Shown here piece by piece: positions 51,322 to 58,431 of a DNA stretch of 64,000 nucleotides. The stretch is from the NCBI GenBank assembly GCA_963757355.1, contig CAVWRG010000003.1, positions 2,465,550-2,529,549 on the forward strand. The letters are read 5' to 3'. The stretch is from an uncultured Acidobacteriota bacterium (GTDB taxonomy: Bacteria > Acidobacteriota > Vicinamibacteria > Vicinamibacterales > CAVVIG01). The number at the start of each line of letters is the position of its first letter. Within the stretch, counting starts at the first letter, position 1. Under the pieces are notes generated by a model, which made no database searches, had not been told where the DNA came from, and saw nothing but the letters and a program-made list of their open reading frames with translations. Both the position numbers and the translations under genes were made by a program.

Positions 51322-51345
51322 GAAAAGGGGCCGTACCCCTTTTCC
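51322..51345. terminator. Single arm of the palindromic mini-element (GAAAAGGGGCCGTACCCCTTTTCC) downstream of tig
   Basis: A4G4-CCGTA-C4T4 hairpin 27 nt after the tig stop on the minus strand. It has a U-run on either strand, giving a bidirectional intrinsic-terminator shape. Confidence 0.45.
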
Positions 51346-51371
51346 CTCCACGCCGCGACCGTCCGCCGCGC

Positions 51372-52673
51372 TCAATCGGTGAAGGTGGCCTTGCTCATTA
51401 CGAAGTCGACCGCTTTTTCGCGGCGCAAGCCCGATCGCACCCGGGACAGCCCGCCCTCTTTCTCGAGCCCGGCGCGCACGGCCGCCGGCGCCCGGCCCGT
51501 CCGTGCGGCGAAGCGCTCGATCTCCTGCTCGACCTCTTCGTCAGTGGCGTCGAGGTGCTCGTGCCGCGAGAGCTCGTCGAGCACCAGCGCACTCGCGACC
51601 GCTTCGCGCGCGACCTCGCGCTGGCTCTCCCGGAACGCGTTCCAGTCGATGCCGGCCTGCCGCGGATCGATGTTCTGATCGATCAGGCGCCGCGCAAAAT
51701 CCTCGATCCGCCGATCGATCTCGCGTTCGATGAGCGACGCAGGCACCTCGAAGGGCACGCGGGTCGCCAGCTGCTTCATCAGCTCCGCGCGGACGTCGCG
51801 CTCGGCCGCATGCCGCGCTTCGTGCTCGAGATCCTCACGCACCCGCGCGCGCAGGGCCTCGAGTGTTTCGAACTCGCCGAGATCTTTGGCGAGCTCATCG
51901 TCGAGCGCCGGCAGCACGCGACGCTTCAGGCTCTTGACGTGGACCGTGTACGTCACGTCCGTGCCGGCCAGCTCGGTGATCGTGTAGTCGGAGGGATAGT
52001 GCAGCGTGAACGTCTTGGTGGCATCCGGCTCCAGGCCGAGCAGCTGCTCGTCGAATCCGGGCGGATTCGCTTTCGCGCCCAGCTCCACCGACACGTCGGC
52101 GTGTGTGTCGGCGCCTGCGTCCTCGGCTGCCGTGCCGTCGGGCGGCGGTGTCGCGGCGTGGCGCTCCAGGTCGAGCACGACGGTGTCGCCGTGATCGACG
52201 CCGCGTCCCTCGACAGGCTCGAAGCGGGCCGCGCGCTCGCGCAGCCGCTCCATCGCGAGATCGACCGCCTCGTCGTCCACGCGCGTCGATGCGCGCTTCA
52301 ACGACACCGTCGCGTAATCGCCCGGTTCGAACGGCGGCAGGGTGTCGAATGTCGCGGTGAAGGTGAGCGGCTGACCTTCCTCGACGTTTACGTCCCGAAT
52401 ATCCGGCGTGTCGACCGGTTCGACGCCGCGCTCCCGCAGCGCATCGTCCATCGCGCGCGGAATCAGGTCGTGGACGACGTCGTGCAGGATCTGGTCCTTG
52501 AAGCGCTGCTTGATCACGCGCGCGGGCGCTTTCCCCGGGCGAAATCCCGGCACGCGCGCCTTGCGCGAATAGTCGCGGGCGATGCGGTCGATCTCGGCGC
52601 TGACCACATCTGTGGGAATTTCGACGCGCACGTTCTTGCGCGTCTCGTTGACGTCGACGAACTCGGTTTTCAT
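51372..52673 (-). CDS. tig: Trigger factor
   Basis: 433 aa. N-terminal ...RKARVPGFRPGKAPARVIKQRF is the ribosome-binding GFRPGK signature, in tig-clpP-clpX-lon synteny. Confidence 0.95.
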   Translation of the reverse strand: MKTEFVDVNETRKNVRVEIPTDVVSAEIDRIARDYSRKARVPGFRPGKAPARVIKQRFKDQILHDVVHDLIPRAMDDALRERGVEPVDTPDIRDVNVEEGQPLTFTATFDTLPPFEPGDYATVSLKRASTRVDDEAVDLAMERLRERAARFEPVEGRGVDHGDTVVLDLERHAATPPPDGTAAEDAGADTHADVSVELGAKANPPGFDEQLLGLEPDATKTFTLHYPSDYTITELAGTDVTYTVHVKSLKRRVLPALDDELAKDLGEFETLEALRARVREDLEHEARHAAERDVRAELMKQLATRVPFEVPASLIEREIDRRIEDFARRLIDQNIDPRQAGIDWNAFRESQREVAREAVASALVLDELSRHEHLDATDEEVEQEIERFAARTGRAPAAVRAGLEKEGGLSRVRSGLRREKAVDFVMSKATFTD

Positions 52674-52698
52674 GCGATTTTCATGGAGTGAAAACGAG

Positions 52699-52816
52699 AT
52701 TTGGTGATCTGGTGATTTGGTGACTTGGCGATTGATGACCTGGCGAATGGGATGTCAGTGCAGTCACTAACACCCTCAATTCACCAACTCTCCAACTCAC
52801 CAACTCGCCAATTTTA
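52699..52816. repeat. Inverted octamer hairpin, TTGGTGAY family
   Basis: ATTTGGTGATCTGGTGATTTGGTGACTTGGCGATTGATGACCTGGCGAATGG - 25-nt loop - TCAATTCACCAACTCTCCAACTCACCAACTCGCCAATTTT. It lies between tRNA-Leu and the tig start. Confidence 0.85.
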
Positions 52817-52871
52817 CCGATCTGATGCTTGGGCTCCGAAGCTCACGCGCGATGGCGCGTGAGCGAAGGAG

Positions 52872-52954
52872 TGCGAAAGGCGGGAGTCGAACCCGCATGG
52901 CTGTTAACCACCGGATCCTAAGTCCGGCGCGTCTGCCAGTTCCGCCACTTTCGC
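52872..52954 (-). tRNA. tRNA-Leu (anticodon UAG)
   Basis: The minus strand reads GCGAAAG-TG-GCGGAACTGGCAGACGCG-CCGGA-CTTAGGA-TCCGG-TGGTTAACAGCCAT-GCGGG-TTCGACT-CCCGC-CTTTCGC-A. All four stems pair and the long variable arm marks class II. CCA is not encoded. Confidence 0.9.
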
Positions 52955-53114
52955 CCGCGGAGACGATGGTGCCGGCTCCAGCCGGAAGCTCCAGAGTAAC
53001 ACTGTGCTACCATCCCGCGCGAGTATGAGCCCTGACCCCTATCATGGACTATTTCACTGGCACGCAGGCCAGAACGGCCAGCCAAGCGTGTCTCGCGCCA
53101 AGGCGGCCCCTGCG

Positions 53115-53297
53115 ATGATTCCGTGCCCGACGACCGGACGGCCGCTGCGCGTCGCCACGATCGAAGCGGAGGCTGCGGCCATCTGCCCCTCGTGTGTCAG
53201 CCGGGCGCGCGGCGGGTTCGTCTCCTTCGACGGAGACTTGCGCATGGCGTATGCCTGCCCGCACTGTCGTCAGCTGGTCTGGCTGGCGGGAGTATAG
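53115..53297 (+). CDS. Possible small zinc-ribbon protein (60 aa; longer forms from 53004/53025 possible)
   Basis: MIPCPTTGRPLRVATIEAEAAAICPSCVSRARGGFVSFDGDLRMAYACPHCRQLVWLAGV. It has CP..., CPSC and CPHC motifs and GC3-rich codons. Weakly similar in layout to the small ORF at 27118. Confidence 0.35.
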   Translation: MIPCPTTGRPLRVATIEAEAAAICPSCVSRARGGFVSFDGDLRMAYACPHCRQLVWLAGV

Positions 53298-53357
53298 AAA
53301 AGGGGCCGTACCCCTTTTTCAGGTGCGCCCAAGAAAAAGGGGTACAGCCCCTTTTAC
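53296..53357. repeat. Paired palindromic mini-element between convergent genes
   Basis: AGAAAAGGGGCCGTACCCCTTTTTC - 12 nt - GAAAAAGGGGTACAGCCCCTTTTAC. It overlaps the stop codons of the small ORF (+) and the methylase (-). Confidence 0.85.
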
Positions 53358-54337
53358 GAGCTCAGCGTTCTCGGCGTCAGATTCGAGATCAGGAATTCGT
53401 CGACCGGGCCGCGGCCGGCCGCGTCGCTGTTCATCGCGCGACGCGCGGGGACGCGCACCGCGCGAAGACCGGCGGCGCGCGCGTCGACGCTCGTGTCGTA
53501 GAGCGCCGCGATTTCGCGCGCGGTGGAATTGCTGACCAGCACGTAGCATCCGCGCCCCGCCAACTCGATCACCATCCGCTGCACGCGCGTCTGATCCTCG
53601 AGCGTGAAGCGCGGCGCCGTGTACGACGTGAAGTTCGCCGTCGCGCTCAGCGGTGCGTACGGTGGATCGACGTACAGAAAATCGCCCGCCTCCGCGATGC
53701 CGAGCGCCGCCTCGAACGATCCGCAGATCAATTGCACCCGCGCGCTCGCCAGCGCCGCCGCGACGCGAAACAATTTCGCGCGATCGCAGATCGATGGCCG
53801 CGCATAGCGTCCGGCCGGCACGTTGTACGCGCCGCTCGCATTGACCCGAAAGAGCCCGTTGAACCCGGTGCGATTGAGATAGATGAGCATCGCGGCGAGC
53901 TGCGGGGTGTACGCAATGCGGCCGTCCGCGCGCCGGCGCTGCTCGCGCTGCGGGTTGAATTGCGCATCCCGCACGGCGTAGTAGTGCGCGGAGCCGTCCG
54001 CGGCATGCGCCGCTGCGAGCTCGCCCAGCGCCCGCGACACTTGCTCCGGCTGGTCGCGCACGGTCTCGTAGCAGCCGATCAGATCCGGATTCGAGTCGAT
54101 GAGAATCGCGTCGTGATCCCGCAGCCGGCCCGCGCCCCACAAGTCGAAGAACACGGCGCCGCTGCCGAAGAACGGCTCGACGTACCGGCCGAACGCCTCG
54201 GGATAGAAGCGGCGCAGCTGCGGCAGGAGCTGTCGCTTGCCGCCCGCCCACTTGAGCAACGGACCTGCTTGATTGCCGGGCGACGATTGGTGACTTGGTG
54301 CCCCGGTGACTTGGCGAATGACGCCGCTCTTCATCAT
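53354..54337 (-). CDS. dam: DNA adenine methyltransferase (Dam-like, D12 class N6-MTase)
   Basis: LLKWAGGKRQLLPQL...EPFFGSGAVFF (FxGxG SAM motif)...FLYVDPPY (DPPY catalytic motif). The ~25-aa N-terminal extension is encoded by repeat units, so the start is uncertain. Confidence 0.9.
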   Translation of the reverse strand: MMKSGVIRQVTGAPSHQSSPGNQAGPLLKWAGGKRQLLPQLRRFYPEAFGRYVEPFFGSGAVFFDLWGAGRLRDHDAILIDSNPDLIGCYETVRDQPEQVSRALGELAAAHAADGSAHYYAVRDAQFNPQREQRRRADGRIAYTPQLAAMLIYLNRTGFNGLFRVNASGAYNVPAGRYARPSICDRAKLFRVAAALASARVQLICGSFEAALGIAEAGDFLYVDPPYAPLSATANFTSYTAPRFTLEDQTRVQRMVIELAGRGCYVLVSNSTAREIAALYDTSVDARAAGLRAVRVPARRAMNSDAAGRGPVDEFLISNLTPRTLSS

Positions 54338-54382
54338 GTCGTCGAATTTACCAACTCACCAACTCACCAACTCACCAATTTC
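54284..54382. repeat. Inverted octamer hairpin, TTGGTGAC/TTGGTGAG family, straddling the methylase start codon
   Basis: Left arm CGATTGGTGACTTGGTGCCCCGGTGACTTGGCGAATG (in the CDS). The loop carries the CATCAT start codons (54332-54337). Right arm GAATTTACCAACTCACCAACTCACCAACTCACCAATTTC. Confidence 0.85.
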
Positions 54383-54861
54383 TACAGTGTCGCATCCCGC
54401 TCCGCCCACCACCAGACCCCCAGCGCGCTGGCGAGCAGCGCCAGGGCCCCTGCGTACAACGGGAGCGACGGCGCCGCGCGCCGGGCGAGCGCAACAACCT
54501 CGCTCGTGAACAGATCCACGGCGTCGTTGCTCACCGACGTCAGGCCGCTGCGGTGCATCAGCATCCAGACGCCCGCCACGATCGCCGCGACGACGAGGCC
54601 GATCGCCAGATTGAAGCCGACGTCGAGGAACTGCTCGCTGCGCCAGCGCGCGCGGCGGATCCGCGCCATCGTGCGGGACGTGAACTGCGGCGGCGTGCGC
54701 GGCGTCGGGCGCGCCTGCAGCATCCGCTCGAGCGCGCGTGCATCTTCGAGCGCCGCCGCGCAGTTCGGGCAGGACGTCAGATGCCCGGCGACGCGGCCGT
54801 CCGGCCTCAACTCGCCAGCGGCGATCGCCTCGATGGCATCGAGCGCTTCGTCACAGAACAT
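54382..54861 (-). CDS. Anti-sigma factor (zf-HC2 type, membrane-anchored)
   Basis: MFCDEALDAIEAIAAGEL...HLTSCPNCAAALEDA carries the C-H-C-C zinc motif. TM segments follow (IGLVVAAIVAGVWMLM, LYAGALALLASALGVWWW). Confidence 0.8.
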   Translation of the reverse strand: MFCDEALDAIEAIAAGELRPDGRVAGHLTSCPNCAAALEDARALERMLQARPTPRTPPQFTSRTMARIRRARWRSEQFLDVGFNLAIGLVVAAIVAGVWMLMHRSGLTSVSNDAVDLFTSEVVALARRAAPSLPLYAGALALLASALGVWWWAERDATL

Positions 54862-54864
54862 AAG

Positions 54865-54959
54865 CTCGCCAATTGGCGAGTTGGCGAGTTGGAGAGTTGG
54901 CGAGTTGGCGAGTTGAAATCACCAATTCACCAATTCACCAATTCACCAATTCACCGAAT
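54865..54959. repeat. Inverted octamer hairpin, TTGGCGAG / CACCAATT family
   Basis: GCTCGCCAATTGGCGAGTTGGCGAGTTGGAGAGTTGGCGAGTTGGCGAGTTG | AAATCACCAATTCACCAATTCACCAATTCACCAATTCACCGAAT. It includes the perfect 16-bp palindrome CTCGCCAATTGGCGAG. Confidence 0.9.
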
Positions 54960-54966
54960 ACCGATC

Positions 54967-55521
54967 TCATCGCAGCTCCGTCTCCAAGAGCCGCCGCAGC
55001 TGCTGCTTCGCGCGGAACAGATGCGTCTTCACCGTGCCGAGCGGAAGCTGGAGCGCCTCGGCCAGATCTTCATACCGCACGCCCTGGAGATAATGAGCCG
55101 CGACCAGCAGACGCTGGTGCGCCGGCAGACGCGCAATCGCCTTCTCCAGTCGATCGTGCAGCTCCAGATCGCCGAACCGGCGGTCCGTCGCCGACGCTGT
55201 GACGCGCCCCCGGCCCGCCTCGTCGTCGAGCGACACGGTGTCGCGCCCGCTCCTCGGACGCGCCTGCTCCTGCAGACACGCGTTCGCGACGATGCGGTAG
55301 ATCCAGGTGGAGAGGCGCGCCTCTCCGCGGAAATACGGCAGCCCGCGGTGGACGCGAAGGAACACGTCCTGCGCGAGATCCTCCGCACGCGATCGATCCT
55401 GCACCGTGCGCGCAATCAACGCGAACACCAGGTCCTTGTACCGATCGACGAGCTCTTGAAACGCTCCCTCATCGCCGCGACGGCATCGCTCGACGAGCTC
55501 GCGCTCGTTCACGGGCTCCAT
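54967..55521 (-). CDS. ECF-type RNA polymerase sigma factor (sigma-70 family, regions 2 and 4)
   Basis: ERELVERCRRGDEGAFQELVDRYKDLVFALIARTV...AEDLAQDVFLRVHRGL... and the region 4 sequence YEDLAEALQLPLGTVKTHLFRAKQQL. Confidence 0.9.
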   Translation of the reverse strand: MEPVNERELVERCRRGDEGAFQELVDRYKDLVFALIARTVQDRSRAEDLAQDVFLRVHRGLPYFRGEARLSTWIYRIVANACLQEQARPRSGRDTVSLDDEAGRGRVTASATDRRFGDLELHDRLEKAIARLPAHQRLLVAAHYLQGVRYEDLAEALQLPLGTVKTHLFRAKQQLRRLLETELR

Positions 55522-55531
55522 CCGCCATGGT

Positions 55532-55594
55532 ATTAGAGCACGCGGATCCCGGAATTGTTTCAGTGAAACAATTCAGGATCCGTTCCAGTCTAAT
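55532..55594. promoter_or_regulatory. Symmetric divergent ECF-type promoter pair within an extended palindrome
   Basis: Core palindrome GGATCCCGGAATTGTTTCA-G-TGAAACAATTCAGGATCC (55544-55581). On each strand TGAAAC is followed after 19 nt by TCTAAT (plus strand 55589-55594; the minus-strand copy is ATTAGA 55532-55537). Confidence 0.45.
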
Positions 55595-55627
55595 CTGGGC
55601 AAGTCAGTTCTGTTTGGAGGATGCAGG

Positions 55628-56116
55628 ATGAGCGAGTGGGGAAGTGGTTCGGTGGCGCTCCTGGTTCCGATTGTGGCCATTATCGGCGGCATTACTTGCG
55701 CCATCGTCGCCACGGTCATGCGCGCCCGGGTGCGCGAGCTGGAGATCAAGGAGCGCATCGCCATGATCGAGAAAGGCCTCGTGCCGCCCCCTGAGGTCGA
55801 CCCCCATGGCTTCGATCGCGCCATGAACCGCTACGACCGAATGACCGCGCTGCAGGGGCGGATCCACCGCGGCGGCGCCCGCCATCGGCGCGCGGGCATT
55901 ACGCTGCTCGGCATCGGGTTCGGCCTGATGTTTCTCATCGGGATCGCAGGTCAGGAGCCGCAATCGGGCATCGGCGTCGGCGGTTTCCTGGTGATTCTCG
56001 GCCTCGCCTTCTTCCTCAACAGCTTCTTCGAAGCACGCCAGGAGCCGCCGCCGAGCCCCAACGGCGGGAGCACGACGACCGGGCCGCGGCCCTCAGACTT
56101 GACACCTCCCAGCTAA
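55628..56116 (+). CDS. Small membrane protein (3 predicted TM), partner of the ECF unit
   Basis: GGAGG RBS. MSEWGSGSVALLVPIVAIIGGITCAIVATVM...ERIAMIEKGLVPPP...ITLLGIGFGLMFLIGIAG...VGGFLVILGLAFFLNSFF. It resembles the small membrane proteins often found next to ECF sigma genes, which is my recollection and was not checked. Confidence 0.7.
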   Translation: MSEWGSGSVALLVPIVAIIGGITCAIVATVMRARVRELEIKERIAMIEKGLVPPPEVDPHGFDRAMNRYDRMTALQGRIHRGGARHRRAGITLLGIGFGLMFLIGIAGQEPQSGIGVGGFLVILGLAFFLNSFFEARQEPPPSPNGGSTTTGPRPSDLTPPS

Positions 56117-56451
56117 CGCCATGCAGGGCGGGTCTTTCCGCCCCCACGCAAGGCTTCGGTGGACCGTCGTAGCTTCAGTGAAGGCGGTCGGGTCGCCGTA
56201 TCAGCACCGATACGGCCAGGCCATCCATACTGATACAAATCCTCCTGCCGATAAATACGCTGACGGCGAGCGAGCAATCCGTCGAACTCAAGATTTCCGC
56301 AACGGTTGGGCTGTCCGGTGGACCCTTTCGCCTCGGCTGTGGATCTGTGTCCGCGCCGGGTCGCTCCCCAAGGGTCGACAGGGTACCGCTGAGCGCCTTT
56401 TGTGACTGAAAGGGCGGAGCTACATCGCGGCCCTTTGCCTGCCCCTTATCC

Positions 56452-57456
56452 ATGAAAAACTCTCTGGTGCGAGCTGACACGACCCGGGCAGACGAGACGC
56501 GCCCCTGTGCGGTCGAGTTGGCAGGCCGCTCGGCGGCGATCCGGCGGGTCCACGAGCTCCTGGACCGGGCGGCTGCCACCGAAAGCGCGGTTCTCCTTGT
56601 CGGCGAACAGGGGACCGACCTCCTCGCCGTCGCCCGCGATCTGCACCTGCGCGGCACAGGCGCCAGCGCTCCATTCGTGCAAGTCGCCTGCGCAGGGTCC
56701 GGAACGCCGACCCTCGATCGCGATCTTTTTGGCGCACCTGCGGGCACACCCGCCTCGGACCTCGATGCGATCACCCCGGACAGCTGCCTCGCCGCCGCGC
56801 GCGGCGGGACGCTGTTCCTGCAGGAAATCACCGAACTGCCGTCCGGCGTCCAGGCCCGGCTCGCGCGGATCTTGCGCGATCGCGAAGTCCGCCTGCACGG
56901 GGAACCGGTCGCGACGGGGTTCCGGGTGATTGCCGGCGCGGCACCCGCGATCGATGAAGAGATGCACGCACAGCGCTTCCGCAGCGACTTGTACCGCCGC
57001 GTATCGGCGACCAGGATCGACCTGCCTCCGCTGCGCGATCGTCCCGGCGATGTCCCTGCCCTGGCGGCGCGGATTCTCGACGATCTCGCGGCGGCCGGCG
57101 AGCGCCCGCCGCGCACGTTTACGCAGGCCGCGCTGGCGCTGCTCGGCGCCATGACGTGGCCGGGCAACCTCGCCGAGCTTCGCGACGCCATCACGCGCAT
57201 CGCCGGTGCCACGAGTGACGGCGTGATGCAGATCGAGCACGTGTTGCCGGCGCTGCAGCTCGATCGCACGCCCGCGGCGTTTGTGCCGGCCGGTAATTTG
57301 CGCGACGCGCGCCTGCGCTTCGAGCGCGACTACATCGCCGCCGTGCTGCAGCATCACGGCTGGCGCATGGCCGACGCCGCTCACACGCTGGGCATTCAGC
57401 GTCCGAATCTATACCGGAAAGCGCGTCAGCTCGGCATCCCGATCGGGAGCGAGTAA
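56452..57456 (+). CDS. Enhancer-binding-protein-like regulator with degenerate AAA+ core and Fis-type HTH (no receiver domain)
   Basis: Layout of sigma-54 activators (GRSAAIRRVHELLDRAA...WPGNLAELRDAI...AAHTLGIQRPNLYRKARQLGI). Walker A is GEQGTD, Walker B is LFLQEI, and the GAFTGA loop is replaced by LFGAPAGTPASD. Confidence 0.8.
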   Translation: MKNSLVRADTTRADETRPCAVELAGRSAAIRRVHELLDRAAATESAVLLVGEQGTDLLAVARDLHLRGTGASAPFVQVACAGSGTPTLDRDLFGAPAGTPASDLDAITPDSCLAAARGGTLFLQEITELPSGVQARLARILRDREVRLHGEPVATGFRVIAGAAPAIDEEMHAQRFRSDLYRRVSATRIDLPPLRDRPGDVPALAARILDDLAAAGERPPRTFTQAALALLGAMTWPGNLAELRDAITRIAGATSDGVMQIEHVLPALQLDRTPAAFVPAGNLRDARLRFERDYIAAVLQHHGWRMADAAHTLGIQRPNLYRKARQLGIPIGSE

Positions 57457-57465
57457 CGAGGAATA

Positions 57466-58317
57466 TTGGGATCGGTTATGAATCTCTCTTTTGCATTGCT
57501 TGTCGCCTTGATGATGTCGCCGCAGGCGGCGCAGACGACTCCGGCCGCCGCGACCAAACCGGACCCGACGGTGAGCCAGTACGTGATCGGACCGCAGGAC
57601 CTGTTGAAGATCACGGTGTTCGACGAGCCTGATCTCACGAACACCTATCGCGTCGATCCCGACGGATCCATCACGTTCCCGCTCATCAATCGCATCACAG
57701 CGGGGAACCTCACCATCGGCGAATTTCAGGATCGGCTGCGATCGACGCTCGCGAACGGATACATCAGAAACCCGCAGGTCCGCGTCGAGGTCGATCAATT
57801 CAAGAGCCAGCAGGTCTACGTGATCGGCGAGGTGCGCAACCCGGGCAAAATCCCGATGACCGGCAACCTGAACCTGCTCGAAGCGCTCGCCCTCGCCGGC
57901 TCACCGACCGCCGCCGCCAGCAACGACATCGTCGTCGCGCATCCGAGGCGGCCCAACGCGTCAGGTGCGATGCCGGATGAAAAGGACGCCGACATCGTGC
58001 GGGTGAGCTTCAAGGATCTGCAGCTCGGCAAAGCAGGGCAGGACATCACGCTTCGGGATGGAGACATCATCAACGTGCCGAAGGCCCTGTCTTTTTACAT
58101 CACGGGGCAGGTGCGCAATCCGGGCTCGCTCATCTGGGAATCCGGTATGACGCTGCAGCAGGCACTCGCGCTGGCGGGAGGCCTCACCGATCGCGGCTCG
58201 ACGCGCGGCGTCACCGCGAGCCGCTTCGTGAACGGCAAGCTGGTGGACGTGCCGTTGAAGCTCTCGGACAAGGTCCTCGCGAACGACACGATCACCGTGC
58301 GGCAGCGATTCTTCTAA
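57466..58317 (+). CDS. Polysaccharide export protein (Wza/Poly_export + SLBB domains)
   Basis: Signal peptide NLSFALLVALMMSPQAAQ. Then YVIGPQDLLKITVFDEPDLTNTYRVDPDGSITFPLI... and two SLBB-like segments. The start is TTG 57466 (GAGGA 6 nt upstream) or ATG 57478. Confidence 0.85.
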   Translation: MGSVMNLSFALLVALMMSPQAAQTTPAAATKPDPTVSQYVIGPQDLLKITVFDEPDLTNTYRVDPDGSITFPLINRITAGNLTIGEFQDRLRSTLANGYIRNPQVRVEVDQFKSQQVYVIGEVRNPGKIPMTGNLNLLEALALAGSPTAAASNDIVVAHPRRPNASGAMPDEKDADIVRVSFKDLQLGKAGQDITLRDGDIINVPKALSFYITGQVRNPGSLIWESGMTLQQALALAGGLTDRGSTRGVTASRFVNGKLVDVPLKLSDKVLANDTITVRQRFF

Positions 58318-58431
58318 GTCGACTGCCAGTTGCCTAGGCCATCAAGTTTTTCTTCGTGTCCTTCGTGGCTAATCTGAATTTCGAATGGGTGAGATACACA
58401 CTAGCGACAGTTGTAGATGGCCGGCCGCGCG

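Noticed and set aside
52825-53028. 67-aa ORF overlapping the tRNA region.
   Set aside because: It lies on the opposite strand to, and overlaps, a well-folding tRNA-Leu gene and has no protein-like features.
52872-54337. A tRNA-associated genomic island carrying the small ORF and Dam methylase.
   Set aside because: There is no integrase, no direct repeat of the tRNA 3' end and no obvious compositional shift. The tRNA 3' end also faces tig, away from these genes.
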